Shown in pieces: positions 44,646 to 55,013 of a stretch of 64,000 nucleotides of DNA. Numbering within the stretch: position 1 is the first letter of the stretch; the number at the start of each line of letters is the position of its first letter. The notes beneath the pieces are model-generated. The model had not been told where the DNA came from and searched no databases. It worked only from the letters and a program-made list of their open reading frames with translations. Origin of the DNA: a virus (lineage: Duplodnaviria; Caudoviricetes); the IMG/VR virus record IMGVR_UViG_3300028615_000023, positions 554-64,553 of that record; one strand, given 5' to 3'. Made by a program: the position numbers and the translations under genes.

Positions 44646-47600
44646 GATTCCATCTCCCTTCTAACTTCTCTTCTTATGATAGTATCATCACGGAAACCCT
44701 TAGCTACAATCCGCGTCATACGATCATCCTCATCCTCGAATAATGTCTGCCTATCAATTCTATTGATAACTGTTAGTTCAATTACAGTAGGCTGACTTCT
44801 ATCTCTAAACATATTAGGATTAGTAAATGTAACTGGAATGCTCCTGTTATCAGGCAAAGGAACAGCCGCTTCAGTTTGGAAATTTTCACTTATTAATGTT
44901 GGTCTAGTACTAACACCTCCCTTAGCAGCTTTCGGCTTTTTTAATAAAGAACCTGCTATAGCAGCAGAACTTGAAGCACTTTGCGCAGCTCCTAATACTC
45001 CCTGTATCTTATTAAAGTTAGCTTGCTGCTTTTGAAAGTCTAACTGAGCTAGTCCTAAACTAGTTAAGTTTTGAATTCCCTGAACAACACTATTAATACC
45101 ACGACCTAATATTTGAGTTTGATTTTGAAAGAATCCAGAGATAGCACTTACCGCACTATCCCACGCACTTTTGATATTAGTAAATAAGTCACTAAACCAA
45201 CCTCCAATAGAATCAGTTATTCGGTCCCATATAGAACCTTGCTGCGCTGTTTGTTGTCCTATAGTTTGCTGAATTACTTGTTGAGTTTGTTGACAACACT
45301 GAACAGCAGCAGAACCGGCTCCTGCACCGGCACCTCCAGGAATGTTAGGAATACCAGGAGTAGTAGGAGCTAATACAGTTCCTTGTCCAACAGTAGGTTG
45401 TTGTGTTTGCTGTTGTGTTGCACTAGGAGTTACGTTTCCTAGTACTAAATCAATAAACCTATCGAAGAAATCTCCTATAGAAGTTGACTGTCGAATAATA
45501 GTTTTTAAATGTTCAAAGAAAGTTTCGATACCTATTAACTCAATAAGAAGTCTTGCAGCCATATCAGAGATGATTCTGACAACGCTATGGCCCCAACCCC
45601 TTATGAAATCTTCAAAGCTAGTAAATTGTCCAGTTAACGTATTAAATAGAACATCAGCAACAGTGTTTTGAATATTACGAGCCATCTGTTCGCCAACTTC
45701 CTGAATGAACTTGGACATATCACTAAACTTATTTTTAACCTGCTGTACTTGATGATCCCTAATAAACTCAATATTAGCGATTGCTTTCTTAACTTTTTCA
45801 GTCATTGCCGGTGCGGCTGCGCCAGTACGTTCTAGAGTTAAGTTAAGCTCCGCAATTTCCTCTCTAGCTTCTTCATTTATTTTCTTAATTTGTAGAGCTT
45901 GATCTATTTCATCTTCAGTAGCTCCTTTTTGCAGCATGCTTCTTCTTATTAATATATTCTCAATTTCTTTTTGTAAGTCCTTCTGCTTTTCATTAATATC
46001 TGCTACAGCTTCAGCCGCTTTTATAGCAGCCTCATCACGAGCTTCCTGAGCCGCAGTGGCTTTCTCAAGTAATTCAGCACTCCGCTCTAGTTCTCTATTC
46101 CTTTTTTCAAGAGCATCGAACGCAGCTATTACAGCGTCACGTTCCTTATTAAGTGAAATAGTAAAAGCATCAATTCTACCTTGCGCGAATTCTGTTATCT
46201 CACCTTGTTCTGCGAATGCTTCAGTTAACTCCTCAGTTAATTTAGCAATATCCTGATTTAGTTTAAATATAAGTGCTGCTCTACTTCCTTCAGTTGCCTC
46301 TAACAATTGAGCTTGAAAATTCGTAGCTTGACTTCTTAAGTTATCAATAAGAGCTTCAACCTGATCATTAATATCTTCTAAATTCTGTACTCCAGATAAA
46401 CCTAATTTTTCTATAGCCTCTTCATTTTTCTTAACAAGTTCTTCGGTTTCCTTTGCTGCCCTATTAAGTTTCTCTTGCTGTTCTCTTAAAGCACGTATTC
46501 TCTTAACTTCAGGATTATTAGCAAGCTCTTGTTCTAATTCACGTCTTCTCTGTCTAATAACTTGAAGTTGTCTTCTTAAATCTCTAAGTCTCTTATCAGG
46601 AAGAGTCGAACCTCCACCTGCAAAATCAAATGAAGCAGCTTCTTCTTCTAATTCCCTAAATCTCTGATTTATCTCATCCGCAACTCTACTAGCTTCATTA
46701 TTAAGTTCATTTAAGCTCTCCAATTGTCCTTCAACGGAATTTCTCTGAATAAGTTCTAATGCTATCCAACCTGCCCCAACAGTAGCTAGAATAGGAACAA
46801 TACCAGCAAGCACCGTTCCCATAATACTAAGAGCAGGAGCCACAAGCTTAATTCCAATTACTAATTGAGATACACCTATCAATACAGGACCAAGCGCAGC
46901 GGCTAATGATCCGGTAATTCCTATAGTCTGCAATGCCGTTTCATTGAAGTTACCGATCATTCTTATTACCTTAGTTAAGGTCACAGATATCTTATTTAGA
47001 CCCTCCTCATTAGCTTCGACAATACGTCTATTTAATTCAGTCCAAGCAGACTGTAACTCAACTAGTCTACCTTGTAGACCTTCCATCTGAATTGATTCAA
47101 TCTTCTGAGCAACTTCTCCTATTTCGAGAAGTTTGTCTGTCATCTCCTGAATACTATCAGCACCTTGTAATGCCAATGCCTGAATAGCTGATACTTGCCG
47201 TGTACCAAATAAGTTAGCAAGTGCGCTAATAGCAGCGGTAGAACCTAAGTCGAATTGTTCAATCTGTCTTATAACATCAGCTAAACTACTAATCCTCCCC
47301 TCAGCTACTACACTCTCCAAACCGAACTGCTGTAAAGATTTAGTAGCGTCATTAGACTTATTACCTAAATCACCAGCCGCACGAGCTAGCCTTAATAATA
47401 CTTGTCTTAGAATTCTACCGGCCTGACCTCCCTGAATACCAGCGTTACCTAATGCACCTAAAACTGAAACGACTTCTTCGAAATCAATACCAGCCGAACG
47501 TGCTTGTGGACCAACAAACTTAAATGATTGTCCCAAGTCAGTCAGACTAATATTAGCTCCAGTAAAACCAGCGACCATAACATCAATAGAATCGTTAAGC

Positions 47601-48130
47601 TCGTCGCCTTCTTTACCGAAACCAGCCATAACATTAGTTACAATATCAGCCGAACTAGCTAAGTCTAACTGAGCAGCCGTAGCTAATCTTAATGTTCCGG
47701 GCAGAGCTTCAACAATTTCTAATGCCTGATTACCAGCAATAGCTAAGAACTTAGCACCTTGTGAAACTTCTCTAGCAGTAAATCGAGTTGTTAAACCTAA
47801 TTCAGCAATAGTGTCTTTAAGTTCTGCTACATGCCCTTCCGTTACAGCAATATCGTCTGCTGTAGCTAACAATACACCTCGAACGAAGTTAAGTTCTCTT
47901 TGAAAGTTAGTAAACGTTCTAATTGCTAGCCCACCTAAGATAGTAAGAGGAGCAGTTACCTTCAACGATAAGCTTTTACCTATCGAATCAAGCGACTTAC
48001 TCATCCTATCAAGAGCTCGCATAGCACGCTTAGTTGCTTCCTTTACTACTGTTGGAATAACCGACATAGCTCTACGAAACGCAGAGATATCAGCACCAAC
48101 ATCAGCAAATAGTGATAACTGCTCTCCCAT
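44642..48130 (-). CDS. tape measure protein (TP901-like)
   Basis: LSLKVTAPL, TTRFTAREV, LGNAGIQGGQAG; long coiled coils. Confidence 0.92.
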   Translation of the reverse strand: MGEQLSLFADVGADISAFRRAMSVIPTVVKEATKRAMRALDRMSKSLDSIGKSLSLKVTAPLTILGGLAIRTFTNFQRELNFVRGVLLATADDIAVTEGHVAELKDTIAELGLTTRFTAREVSQGAKFLAIAGNQALEIVEALPGTLRLATAAQLDLASSADIVTNVMAGFGKEGDELNDSIDVMVAGFTGANISLTDLGQSFKFVGPQARSAGIDFEEVVSVLGALGNAGIQGGQAGRILRQVLLRLARAAGDLGNKSNDATKSLQQFGLESVVAEGRISSLADVIRQIEQFDLGSTAAISALANLFGTRQVSAIQALALQGADSIQEMTDKLLEIGEVAQKIESIQMEGLQGRLVELQSAWTELNRRIVEANEEGLNKISVTLTKVIRMIGNFNETALQTIGITGSLAAALGPVLIGVSQLVIGIKLVAPALSIMGTVLAGIVPILATVGAGWIALELIQRNSVEGQLESLNELNNEASRVADEINQRFRELEEEAASFDFAGGGSTLPDKRLRDLRRQLQVIRQRRRELEQELANNPEVKRIRALREQQEKLNRAAKETEELVKKNEEAIEKLGLSGVQNLEDINDQVEALIDNLRSQATNFQAQLLEATEGSRAALIFKLNQDIAKLTEELTEAFAEQGEITEFAQGRIDAFTISLNKERDAVIAAFDALEKRNRELERSAELLEKATAAQEARDEAAIKAAEAVADINEKQKDLQKEIENILIRRSMLQKGATEDEIDQALQIKKINEEAREEIAELNLTLERTGAAAPAMTEKVKKAIANIEFIRDHQVQQVKNKFSDMSKFIQEVGEQMARNIQNTVADVLFNTLTGQFTSFEDFIRGWGHSVVRIISDMAARLLIELIGIETFFEHLKTIIRQSTSIGDFFDRFIDLVLGNVTPSATQQQTQQPTVGQGTVLAPTTPGIPNIPGGAGAGAGSAAVQCCQQTQQVIQQTIGQQTAQQGSIWDRITDSIGGWFSDLFTNIKSAWDSAVSAISGFFQNQTQILGRGINSVVQGIQNLTSLGLAQLDFQKQQANFNKIQGVLGAAQSASSSAAIAGSLLKKPKAAKGGVSTRPTLISENFQTEAAVPLPDNRSIPVTFTNPNMFRDRSQPTVIELTVINRIDRQTLFEDEDDRMTRIVAKGFRDDTIIRREVRREMES

Positions 48131-48134
48131 ATTA

Positions 48135-48455
48135 CTATCCCCTTAGACGCCTAGGTGCAGCGTGTTTAACAGTCTGTTGAGGCTGTTTATTAGCTGCCTC
48201 CATAGCCGCTTTTTTCTTAGCTTCTTCTTCTGCTCTCTTTTGTTTTTCGTTTTCAAGAATGAACCATAGACGCCATGCGCGTTGTTCAAGTCTTGGTAAA
48301 CTATGAAAGTAATCCAGCGATAGTCCTATATCCTTACACAGACTCATATCATAAGATAATGGAGTCATTACTTTATAAGGATCAGGATTTACGCTTGCCC
48401 TAGGGTCATTAAAGACCTTTTCATAGAGTTCATCGGGGAACCCTAGGGCGATCAT
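48135..48455 (-). CDS. tail assembly chaperone (second part)
   Basis: Directly upstream of the tape measure gene; TAATG overlap. Confidence 0.55.
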   Translation of the reverse strand: MIALGFPDELYEKVFNDPRASVNPDPYKVMTPLSYDMSLCKDIGLSLDYFHSLPRLEQRAWRLWFILENEKQKRAEEEAKKKAAMEAANKQPQQTVKHAAPRRLRG

Positions 48456-49087
48456 TATTCCGAATCTTCATTTTCCTTCTGAAGTTTCGTCAAATTAGTA
48501 ATAGCTTTATTCAATTCCTTAAGATGATCAGGAGACATACCCGACTGCTTAAGAACTTCGATAGCACGAGCAGCATTATAAACCTGAGTAGGTTCATTAA
48601 TGCCATTGCTCTTAACAAGCAAAGTACCATCAGTATCTTCTAGATTCATATTAAGTCCATGAAGGATAATCTTCCAGCCAGCTTGCTGGTTCTGCTGTTC
48701 ACGCATCTTAAGATATCCTTCATCGGCTTCGTCAATATATCTAACTACAACATCATGCTTATATCCCAAAGCCTGACCTTCAGGACTATTCTTCTTAATA
48801 GTACGAAGAGTAGTTGGAGGATTAACAACCGCTTCATTGCTGATAGTTTCCATAAGCTCTGTGATACCAGTGCTCTTAATAGGTACACGAACTATATACT
48901 CTTCCATCTCATCATTTTCGATAGTCGAAACTTTAAGATCACAGTAACCCCACGCGGCGAACGGTTGTTCACCAGCTTTCAAACTAGTAAGAGTTCTTAC
49001 CTTTTCATGCTTACCTGCTCCTGTTTCCCGAACTACCTTTGCCAACTCCATAGTATCATCATTGCGGTTTTCTACCGTATCAGACAT
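48455..49087 (-). CDS. tail assembly chaperone
   Basis: Synteny. Confidence 0.55.
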   Translation of the reverse strand: MSDTVENRNDDTMELAKVVRETGAGKHEKVRTLTSLKAGEQPFAAWGYCDLKVSTIENDEMEEYIVRVPIKSTGITELMETISNEAVVNPPTTLRTIKKNSPEGQALGYKHDVVVRYIDEADEGYLKMREQQNQQAGWKIILHGLNMNLEDTDGTLLVKSNGINEPTQVYNAARAIEVLKQSGMSPDHLKELNKAITNLTKLQKENEDSE

Positions 49088-49174
49088 TGTTAAACTCCTT
49101 TTAGCTAAAGTTAATATTTAGTAACCAACATCAAAATACCATTTATTATTTTCTATGGCATCACACCTCCTTTC

Positions 49175-49498
49175 TTAACTAGGGTCAATAACCTTAACAG
49201 CTAACCATCCATCGGTAGGATACTTTTCAATTTTACTATTTAAGGTTATCTCAAACCAACCATAATAATCACCCACGGTATCTACATCATCAGCGGCCCA
49301 ACTATATTGAATACCTCCATCAGTTCCATCGGTAATAAACGCAGCCGCTTTCTGACTAACTTTAATAGTACCATCTTTGACAGACACCATAGTAAAAACT
49401 TTAGATGTAGCAGAGCTAATATCTTTCGATACTTGTATTTTAAGAGCAGGTCCACGAGACCCCTTAATAATACGAAAGACTTGATTAACAGTAGTCAT
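49175..49498 (-). CDS. BppU N-terminal-like Ig domain protein
   Basis: DGGIQYSWAADDVDTVGDYYGWFEI...YP. Confidence 0.6.
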   Translation of the reverse strand: MTTVNQVFRIIKGSRGPALKIQVSKDISSATSKVFTMVSVKDGTIKVSQKAAAFITDGTDGGIQYSWAADDVDTVGDYYGWFEITLNSKIEKYPTDGWLAVKVIDPS

Positions 49499-49509
49499 AT
49501 CAATTTTCC

Positions 49510-52120
49510 TTAGTCTATGAGTTTCGTAAACTTATCACGAATTATCTTCGTAGTTACTCCACCCTGCTTAATACTATCACTATCTCTTATTAACTTAATT
49601 GATGCTCTATCACCAACTAATATAAAATCGTTAGGATTAACCGGAACAATCTGAAAAGCTGCTGTTATAGGGAGCGCAGAATCAGTTTCAAAAGCTATCC
49701 CAACACTAAGTATTCCAGAGATAACAGTAACAGATAACGCTGCGTCTGTCTCTGAAACAATACTAACTAATCTACTAATAGGATTATCAATATCCTGAGC
49801 CGTGTCAATTTCTATAGCATTATTGACAAGCCTACTAATAGGATTAGAAATATCCTGAGCCAAGTTTGATTCTATAACCTTGACTAAATCTTTTTGTTTT
49901 GATCTTTCAATTAGTCTAGCAAGATCAGATTCAGACGCAATCTGTATACTTTTACTATGACTAGAAGTTAATGTTCTCGAAACATCTATTTCAGTAGACA
50001 ATCCAAGAACAGAAGCTTTCAACTTATTAATAGTTCTAGCTAAGTCAGTTTCCGATGCCAACCCTAATGCATATAAGCGTTCTGGAGTTATTAATATTGA
50101 TTGATCAGTTTCCGTAGCTGTACTTACTAACCTACTAATAGGACTTTCTTTAATTAACTGAGCTAGATCAGTCTCTAGAACCTGAGCAACAGTTAATTCA
50201 GCAGGTATATTAATATCTCTAGATAAATCAGTTTCCGAAGCTATAGTTAATTGTTCAGTCTTTTCTCCACTAATAGAAATAGATGTATCAGTTTCCAAAG
50301 ATTTAAGTAAAGAAGAAACCTTTGATTTGCTAATAACTCTTGATGAATCTGTTTCTAATATCTGATTTAGTAGTCTAGTCTTTATAGCATTTATAGCTCT
50401 TGAATTATTAACTTCAATTGCTATACCAGTGGTGCGACTTTTTAGATTTCCGATTACTTGTGATACTTCACTCTCGTTAGCTTGTGATACATCCTTATTT
50501 TTTAACTTACCTAATGATTGAGAAATATCAGTTTCAGTTACTTGAAAGACTGTCTCAGTAATTGTATCAGGCAATGATATAATCCTAGCTAAATCAGTCT
50601 CCGTAGCTATATTTACTAATCTACTAATAGGATTCTCAGATACATTCTGAGCAAGGTCAGTTTCCAAAGCTTGCACCAATTCCTTAACTTTCAAACTGCT
50701 TAAAGGTTGAGATGTATCTAATTCATTAGCTCTAGTAATCAATCTATGAATTGGATTAACAGTTAATATCTGTGCAATGTTAGTTTCTAAAGCTTGTGAA
50801 ATATTCTTCGTCTTCACATTGTTAAGAGCCTGAGATAAATCTGTTTCCGATGCACTAGATAATATCTTAGTTTTAAAGAATACTACTGTCTGTGAAATAT
50901 CAGTTTCATTAACTTGAGTTAATAACTTAAACTTAGTAGAAACTAATGCTTGAGCTAAATCAGTTTCCGTAACAGTATTTACTAACTTATGAATTGGATT
51001 GATAACTATTGCTTGAGACGTGTCAGTTTCCGTAGTTAGTTTCAGTAGAAATAACTAAAGCCTTCTGCTTTAACCTATTTATAACTTGCGCAAGACTAGT
51101 CGTACCAGTCTGAACAACAGTTATAACTTTTGGATTACTAATAGCTTGAGAAATATCAGTTTCATTAACTTGAGTTAATAACTTAAACTTAGTAGAAACT
51201 AATGCTTGAGCTAAATCAGTTTCCGTAACAGTATTTACTAACTTATGAATTGGATTGATAACTATTGCTTGAGACGTGTCAGTTTCCGCAGTTATAACTT
51301 TTGGATTACTAATAGCTTGAGAAATATCAGTTTCCGTAGTTTGATTTATAGACTTCTGTTTTAGCTTATTTATAACCTGAGCAAGATCAGTTTCTGACAC
51401 AAGAGCAACGGACTTATTAATAGCCGTTGATCCAGGTATAGTAGTTTTACTTGATCCAGGTTTATATATAGGTGGATGATCAACTTGACCTACAGTACCA
51501 GTAAGAGTCCATAATCCACCGTCAATAAAATCGCGTTCGTTCCCAGACCCACTTAAACCTGGAAGATAAGAAATCAAACTTTCTGGACGTACAAGCAACG
51601 GGCTGAACCCGTTTGCCAACATCGCAATTTCTTCATCCGTTAATGCTACATCCCAAAGCCCGAACTCCGCAAACCGACCCGTATCGTTTGTGTAGGTCGT
51701 ACCGGCCCATCGCGTAGTCGCGATGCTAAGCTCATCGCAATTGCCAACAGAGATATTTCCAGTATTTGTACCTTTGTTTCCCCCATCAAGAAGCACTGCT
51801 CGATCATTACTCGCAATGAACTTGCCGCATACATGGTGCCAAGTGTTAGCGCTGTAGCCCGAAGAGGACGAAGCGATGCCGTTACCAAAAACGTTTACGG
51901 AGGTAAATGCCCGACACGGATCGCCGCCTAGGTCACCGGACAAGTCAACCGTATGAGACTTATTATTATTTCCACTGACCGTTAAGGACATGCATGGATG
52001 ATAACTCGTGATATCATCCACGTATGCCCACATCGCCATCGTAAACGGCTCCGACCCGTCAAAGCTGCCCGGCGGAGTGCGACGAAGATATTCACCACTT
52101 CCAAAATCACCACGTGCCAT
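49510..52120 (-). CDS. LamG/ConA-like domain plus long ETD-repeat fibre, split by a frameshift near 51035
   Basis: LamG motifs FTMAMW, WHHVCG, AEFGLWDVALT..EI; ~22-aa ETD repeats in both ORFs; the downstream frame is open up to ~51035. Confidence 0.7.
50894..51288. repeat. exact 139-bp direct repeat (50894-51032 = 51150-51288)
   Basis: Identical copies 256 bp apart; a further ~46-bp repeat at 51118 and 51289. Confidence 0.85.
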
Positions 52121-52139
52121 TTCAACAGCCTTTTACGGT

Positions 52140-52640
52140 TTAAGTCTCTTCGATCTTCACGAAACGAATTTGGGCATCTCCAGTCAAATCATCATCGGCA
52201 TGGCTTGGATCTCTACTAATCTTTATACGGAAGGCATCTCCTGCAACAATGGAATCCATATCCACTCCATCAGTAAAGGTTATGTCTGCATAACTTAATT
52301 CACCAGAAGCACTAGCTTCAGTATCAGTAACAGAATTCGCCGCAGCAAAACCATCTGAATCCATATCCTGAGCATCATCAGCTAAACGTTCAAACGCTAC
52401 ATCCCATCTAACATCATTAGGACCGACAGTAGTATCAGCAGCAGACCACCCAATAGTAACTGTTAAGCCTCCACCTCCATAGTTATCAGGCATAACATCG
52501 AAGAAAACAATATGTTCCTGAGTGGTATCATCAAACTCCAATACCGGATGCTGATTCCTTAGCGCAAATGCGGCGGTATTAGCTGATAAAGGTTCCAGTT
52601 CCTTAGGTGTAAATAAAGCTAATCTATCTCCAGACGCCAT
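52140..52640 (-). CDS. virion structural protein
   Basis: Beta-rich; RDPSHADDDLTGDA motif of fibre-associated proteins. Confidence 0.55.
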   Translation of the reverse strand: MASGDRLALFTPKELEPLSANTAAFALRNQHPVLEFDDTTQEHIVFFDVMPDNYGGGGLTVTIGWSAADTTVGPNDVRWDVAFERLADDAQDMDSDGFAAANSVTDTEASASGELSYADITFTDGVDMDSIVAGDAFRIKISRDPSHADDDLTGDAQIRFVKIEET

Positions 52641-52655
52641 TATTATGTTTCCTTA

Positions 52656-52925
52656 CTATTCTAAAGCCTTATTTCTATGGCTTTCGACAACACCATTTAT
52701 TAACGTATCCCAAACTCCCGACAACGACTCAGTATCTAAAGAGTTTAACGAACTATTAAGCGTAGATACATTGCCTTCTAAAACAGTACCAGTTACATCT
52801 GGATTATGAGTCTGGAATGCTGTTCTAACTGTTTTTAACGTATTAATAGCTGAACGTATGATTTGGATTTGTTCAGCAGCCACATTAACCATAGTTTGTA
52901 CTTTTTTCTTATCATTCAAAGCCAT
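52656..52925 (-). CDS. hypothetical structural-region protein
   Basis: ORF track. Confidence 0.55.
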   Translation of the reverse strand: MALNDKKKVQTMVNVAAEQIQIIRSAINTLKTVRTAFQTHNPDVTGTVLEGNVSTLNSSLNSLDTESLSGVWDTLINGVVESHRNKALE

Positions 52926-52943
52926 AATAAGTTCCTAAAAATA

Positions 52944-52984
52944 GAAAAGGCTAGCTCGTAAATAAGAAACACTTCGAGCTAGCC
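52944..52984 (-). terminator. terminator hairpin
   Basis: GGCTAGCTCG...CGAGCTAGCC followed by TTTTCTATTTTT. Confidence 0.7.
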
Positions 52985-53016
52985 CTCTCAAGTTGAACAA
53001 GAAAGTATTTTTCTTA

Positions 53017-53487
53017 TTAACTAGCTCTAAAGAATCCCGCTGCATCAATTTGCGCTGTAATATCAGAGCCATCGGGTGTCACCGAAAAATCATGTTGCGT
53101 TAACGGTACAATATTAGCGTCCGTTCCCGCGCCAGAATCATTATCATAAGCAATAACTAAATCAGTCCAGTTATCACCAGCCGAAACAGAAGTCCAAGTT
53201 TGATCAGGAATATCAAGATCAACTCGATCATTAGCATCATCTGGAGAGAACGCAACAATATCAGAATCAGTTAATGATTTAAATGAATATCCAGTGTTAG
53301 TAGCTTCAGCCGTATTAGCATCACCAAAAACAGCACCAATATCATCTAAGTCAATTAAGGTCGCGTCTCCCGCCGTTGTTACGATTGCATAAACAATAAG
53401 AATTGAATTTGCAGGGTCATTCGTATCAACCCTATTATAAAGTTCGGCTGCTCTACCTTTTGCAATATTATAAACAAAGTTACCCAT
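53017..53487 (-). CDS. virion structural protein (fibre-base type)
   Basis: FVYNIAKG...D..W...TPDGSDIT.Q...GFF. Confidence 0.6.
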   Translation of the reverse strand: MGNFVYNIAKGRAAELYNRVDTNDPANSILIVYAIVTTAGDATLIDLDDIGAVFGDANTAEATNTGYSFKSLTDSDIVAFSPDDANDRVDLDIPDQTWTSVSAGDNWTDLVIAYDNDSGAGTDANIVPLTQHDFSVTPDGSDITAQIDAAGFFRAS

Positions 53488-54101
53488 TAGTCTGCCCCTC
53501 CTTCCTTAACATTAGTCCAGTCCTGAGGAGCTACGTTAGCAAGCTTTCTCCGTCTCAGTTCAAAAGCATAGGATTTTGCTTCTTCCTTAGTTGCGGGTTC
53601 ACCAAATGCTTCCCCCTGATTAACAAGAGTATACGAATTAATCTTCGTATATCCATGCGGATTAGTTATATCAGGAGAACCTTCTCCAGAGTGATTCTCT
53701 TCAACATGAATCATACCTACTGTCTTATCTCCCTGAACACGTGTCCCACCATCAACAATTTCAACTCCGCAATAGCAGCAATAATAACCAGGAGTGCGAG
53801 CAATAATAAACTCAATATCTCCTTTATTAAGTGTCTTAAGAATTACCTTACCATCTGCCATGGAAAGCCAACCCTCAGCTACACCTCTATGAATATATTT
53901 TGGACTAAGCTCTTGAACTTCAGGAACACGTTTTGCTTCAACCCCCTTAACCATCTCAGGAGTATGCGGCATGATATCTAATACATAATCATGAGCTTCC
54001 TTAGGATTCTTTCCTTTATTAACTAAGTCTTGCTCTTTCTTAGCTCTAGCTTCTTTTAGAGGAGCAAGCTTCTCACCATAATATTGTCTCTTTAGCAACA
54101 T
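53487..54101 (-). CDS. hypothetical protein
   Basis: PGYYCCYCG motif. Confidence 0.6.
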   Translation of the reverse strand: MLLKRQYYGEKLAPLKEARAKKEQDLVNKGKNPKEAHDYVLDIMPHTPEMVKGVEAKRVPEVQELSPKYIHRGVAEGWLSMADGKVILKTLNKGDIEFIIARTPGYYCCYCGVEIVDGGTRVQGDKTVGMIHVEENHSGEGSPDITNPHGYTKINSYTLVNQGEAFGEPATKEEAKSYAFELRRRKLANVAPQDWTNVKEGGAD

Positions 54102-54104
54102 TTT

Positions 54105-54356
54105 TTAATTTTCCTCCTCCTTACAATTAATAACCATGCTGCCATAGTCTGTCATAAATGTTTCATCCCATACCTGACGCTCATGCGATTGAGCCTGACA
54201 ATACGCTTTAACAAGTGGCACAACAGCTTTTTTAGTAACTTCTTCTTGAGCCTCAGGCATAAAGTTAAAAAGTACAACCACCAACGAAACAATAACCCCA
54301 CCTATCGCAGCACCTTTTGATTGTTCTTTAGCTTTCTTCTTAGTTTCTTCTTTCAT
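54105..54356 (-). CDS. small single-TM protein
   Basis: GAAIGGVIVSLVVVLF. Confidence 0.55.
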   Translation of the reverse strand: MKEETKKKAKEQSKGAAIGGVIVSLVVVLFNFMPEAQEEVTKKAVVPLVKAYCQAQSHERQVWDETFMTDYGSMVINCKEEEN

Positions 54357-54365
54357 AAAATCACC

Positions 54366-54995
54366 TTAAGAAGCCGTCAATTCTGTACCAGGCGTGGTGA
54401 ATGATGTAATTGCCGTAACGTTTCCATAAACCTGACCAGATAAGTTAATAGTAACACTATCCGCAGCTTCAACTACAGATTGATCACCTGGAGGAAAATA
54501 GACTTCAGTAATCTTACGTCCATCAGCTTGTCCACCCCCGAAAATAGACCATAGTACCTCAACATCAACACAAACCTTAACCGGATCGGTAAACGTTGGA
54601 AGAGTTACTAAGTTACCAGACAAACCAGCCTTACGTCCGGTACTAGTTCCTTTAGTAGTAGTCAACGCAGTAGGAACGCTACCAGCCTCCCACGTAGCTT
54701 GCTGACCGGCTGCAAACCTAATACCAATGAACTCATGAATTAAATCCTTAACTCCACTGTCGAGCATAAAGCTCATAGTAAGAGTAGTAGGCTCCAAAAT
54801 AGGATCATCAAGACCTTGAATGTAACTTAAATTATCATCCAATTGTCCACGGTTCATTCGCGGAATTTCCTCCGGTCTCCCAGAGCCTTCCGGAACATTA
54901 ATATCCATATTTGAGAACAGAACAACTACATAATTAGGAGTACCCGTTCCATCATACAAGCGTAGTTCTCCATTTTTACCATAATAAATAGCCAC
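54366..54995 (-). CDS. tail tube-like protein, paralogue 1
   Basis: IYYGKNG.LRL; follows the terminator-like gene; paralogous to 55014-56069. Confidence 0.6.
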   Translation of the reverse strand: MAIYYGKNGELRLYDGTGTPNYVVVLFSNMDINVPEGSGRPEEIPRMNRGQLDDNLSYIQGLDDPILEPTTLTMSFMLDSGVKDLIHEFIGIRFAAGQQATWEAGSVPTALTTTKGTSTGRKAGLSGNLVTLPTFTDPVKVCVDVEVLWSIFGGGQADGRKITEVYFPPGDQSVVEAADSVTINLSGQVYGNVTAITSFTTPGTELTAS

Positions 54996-55013
54996 TTATT
55001 AACTCCTCCTTCC

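Noticed and set aside
48440-48490. Programmed -1 frameshift between the tail chaperone genes
   Set aside because: A -1 slip at GGAAAA meets TGA immediately and no other slippery heptamer precedes the stop; the TAATG overlap explains coupling.
50894-51288. Diversity-generating retroelement TR/VR pair
   Set aside because: The copies are identical with no adenine-specific mismatches, and no reverse transcriptase is present in the window.
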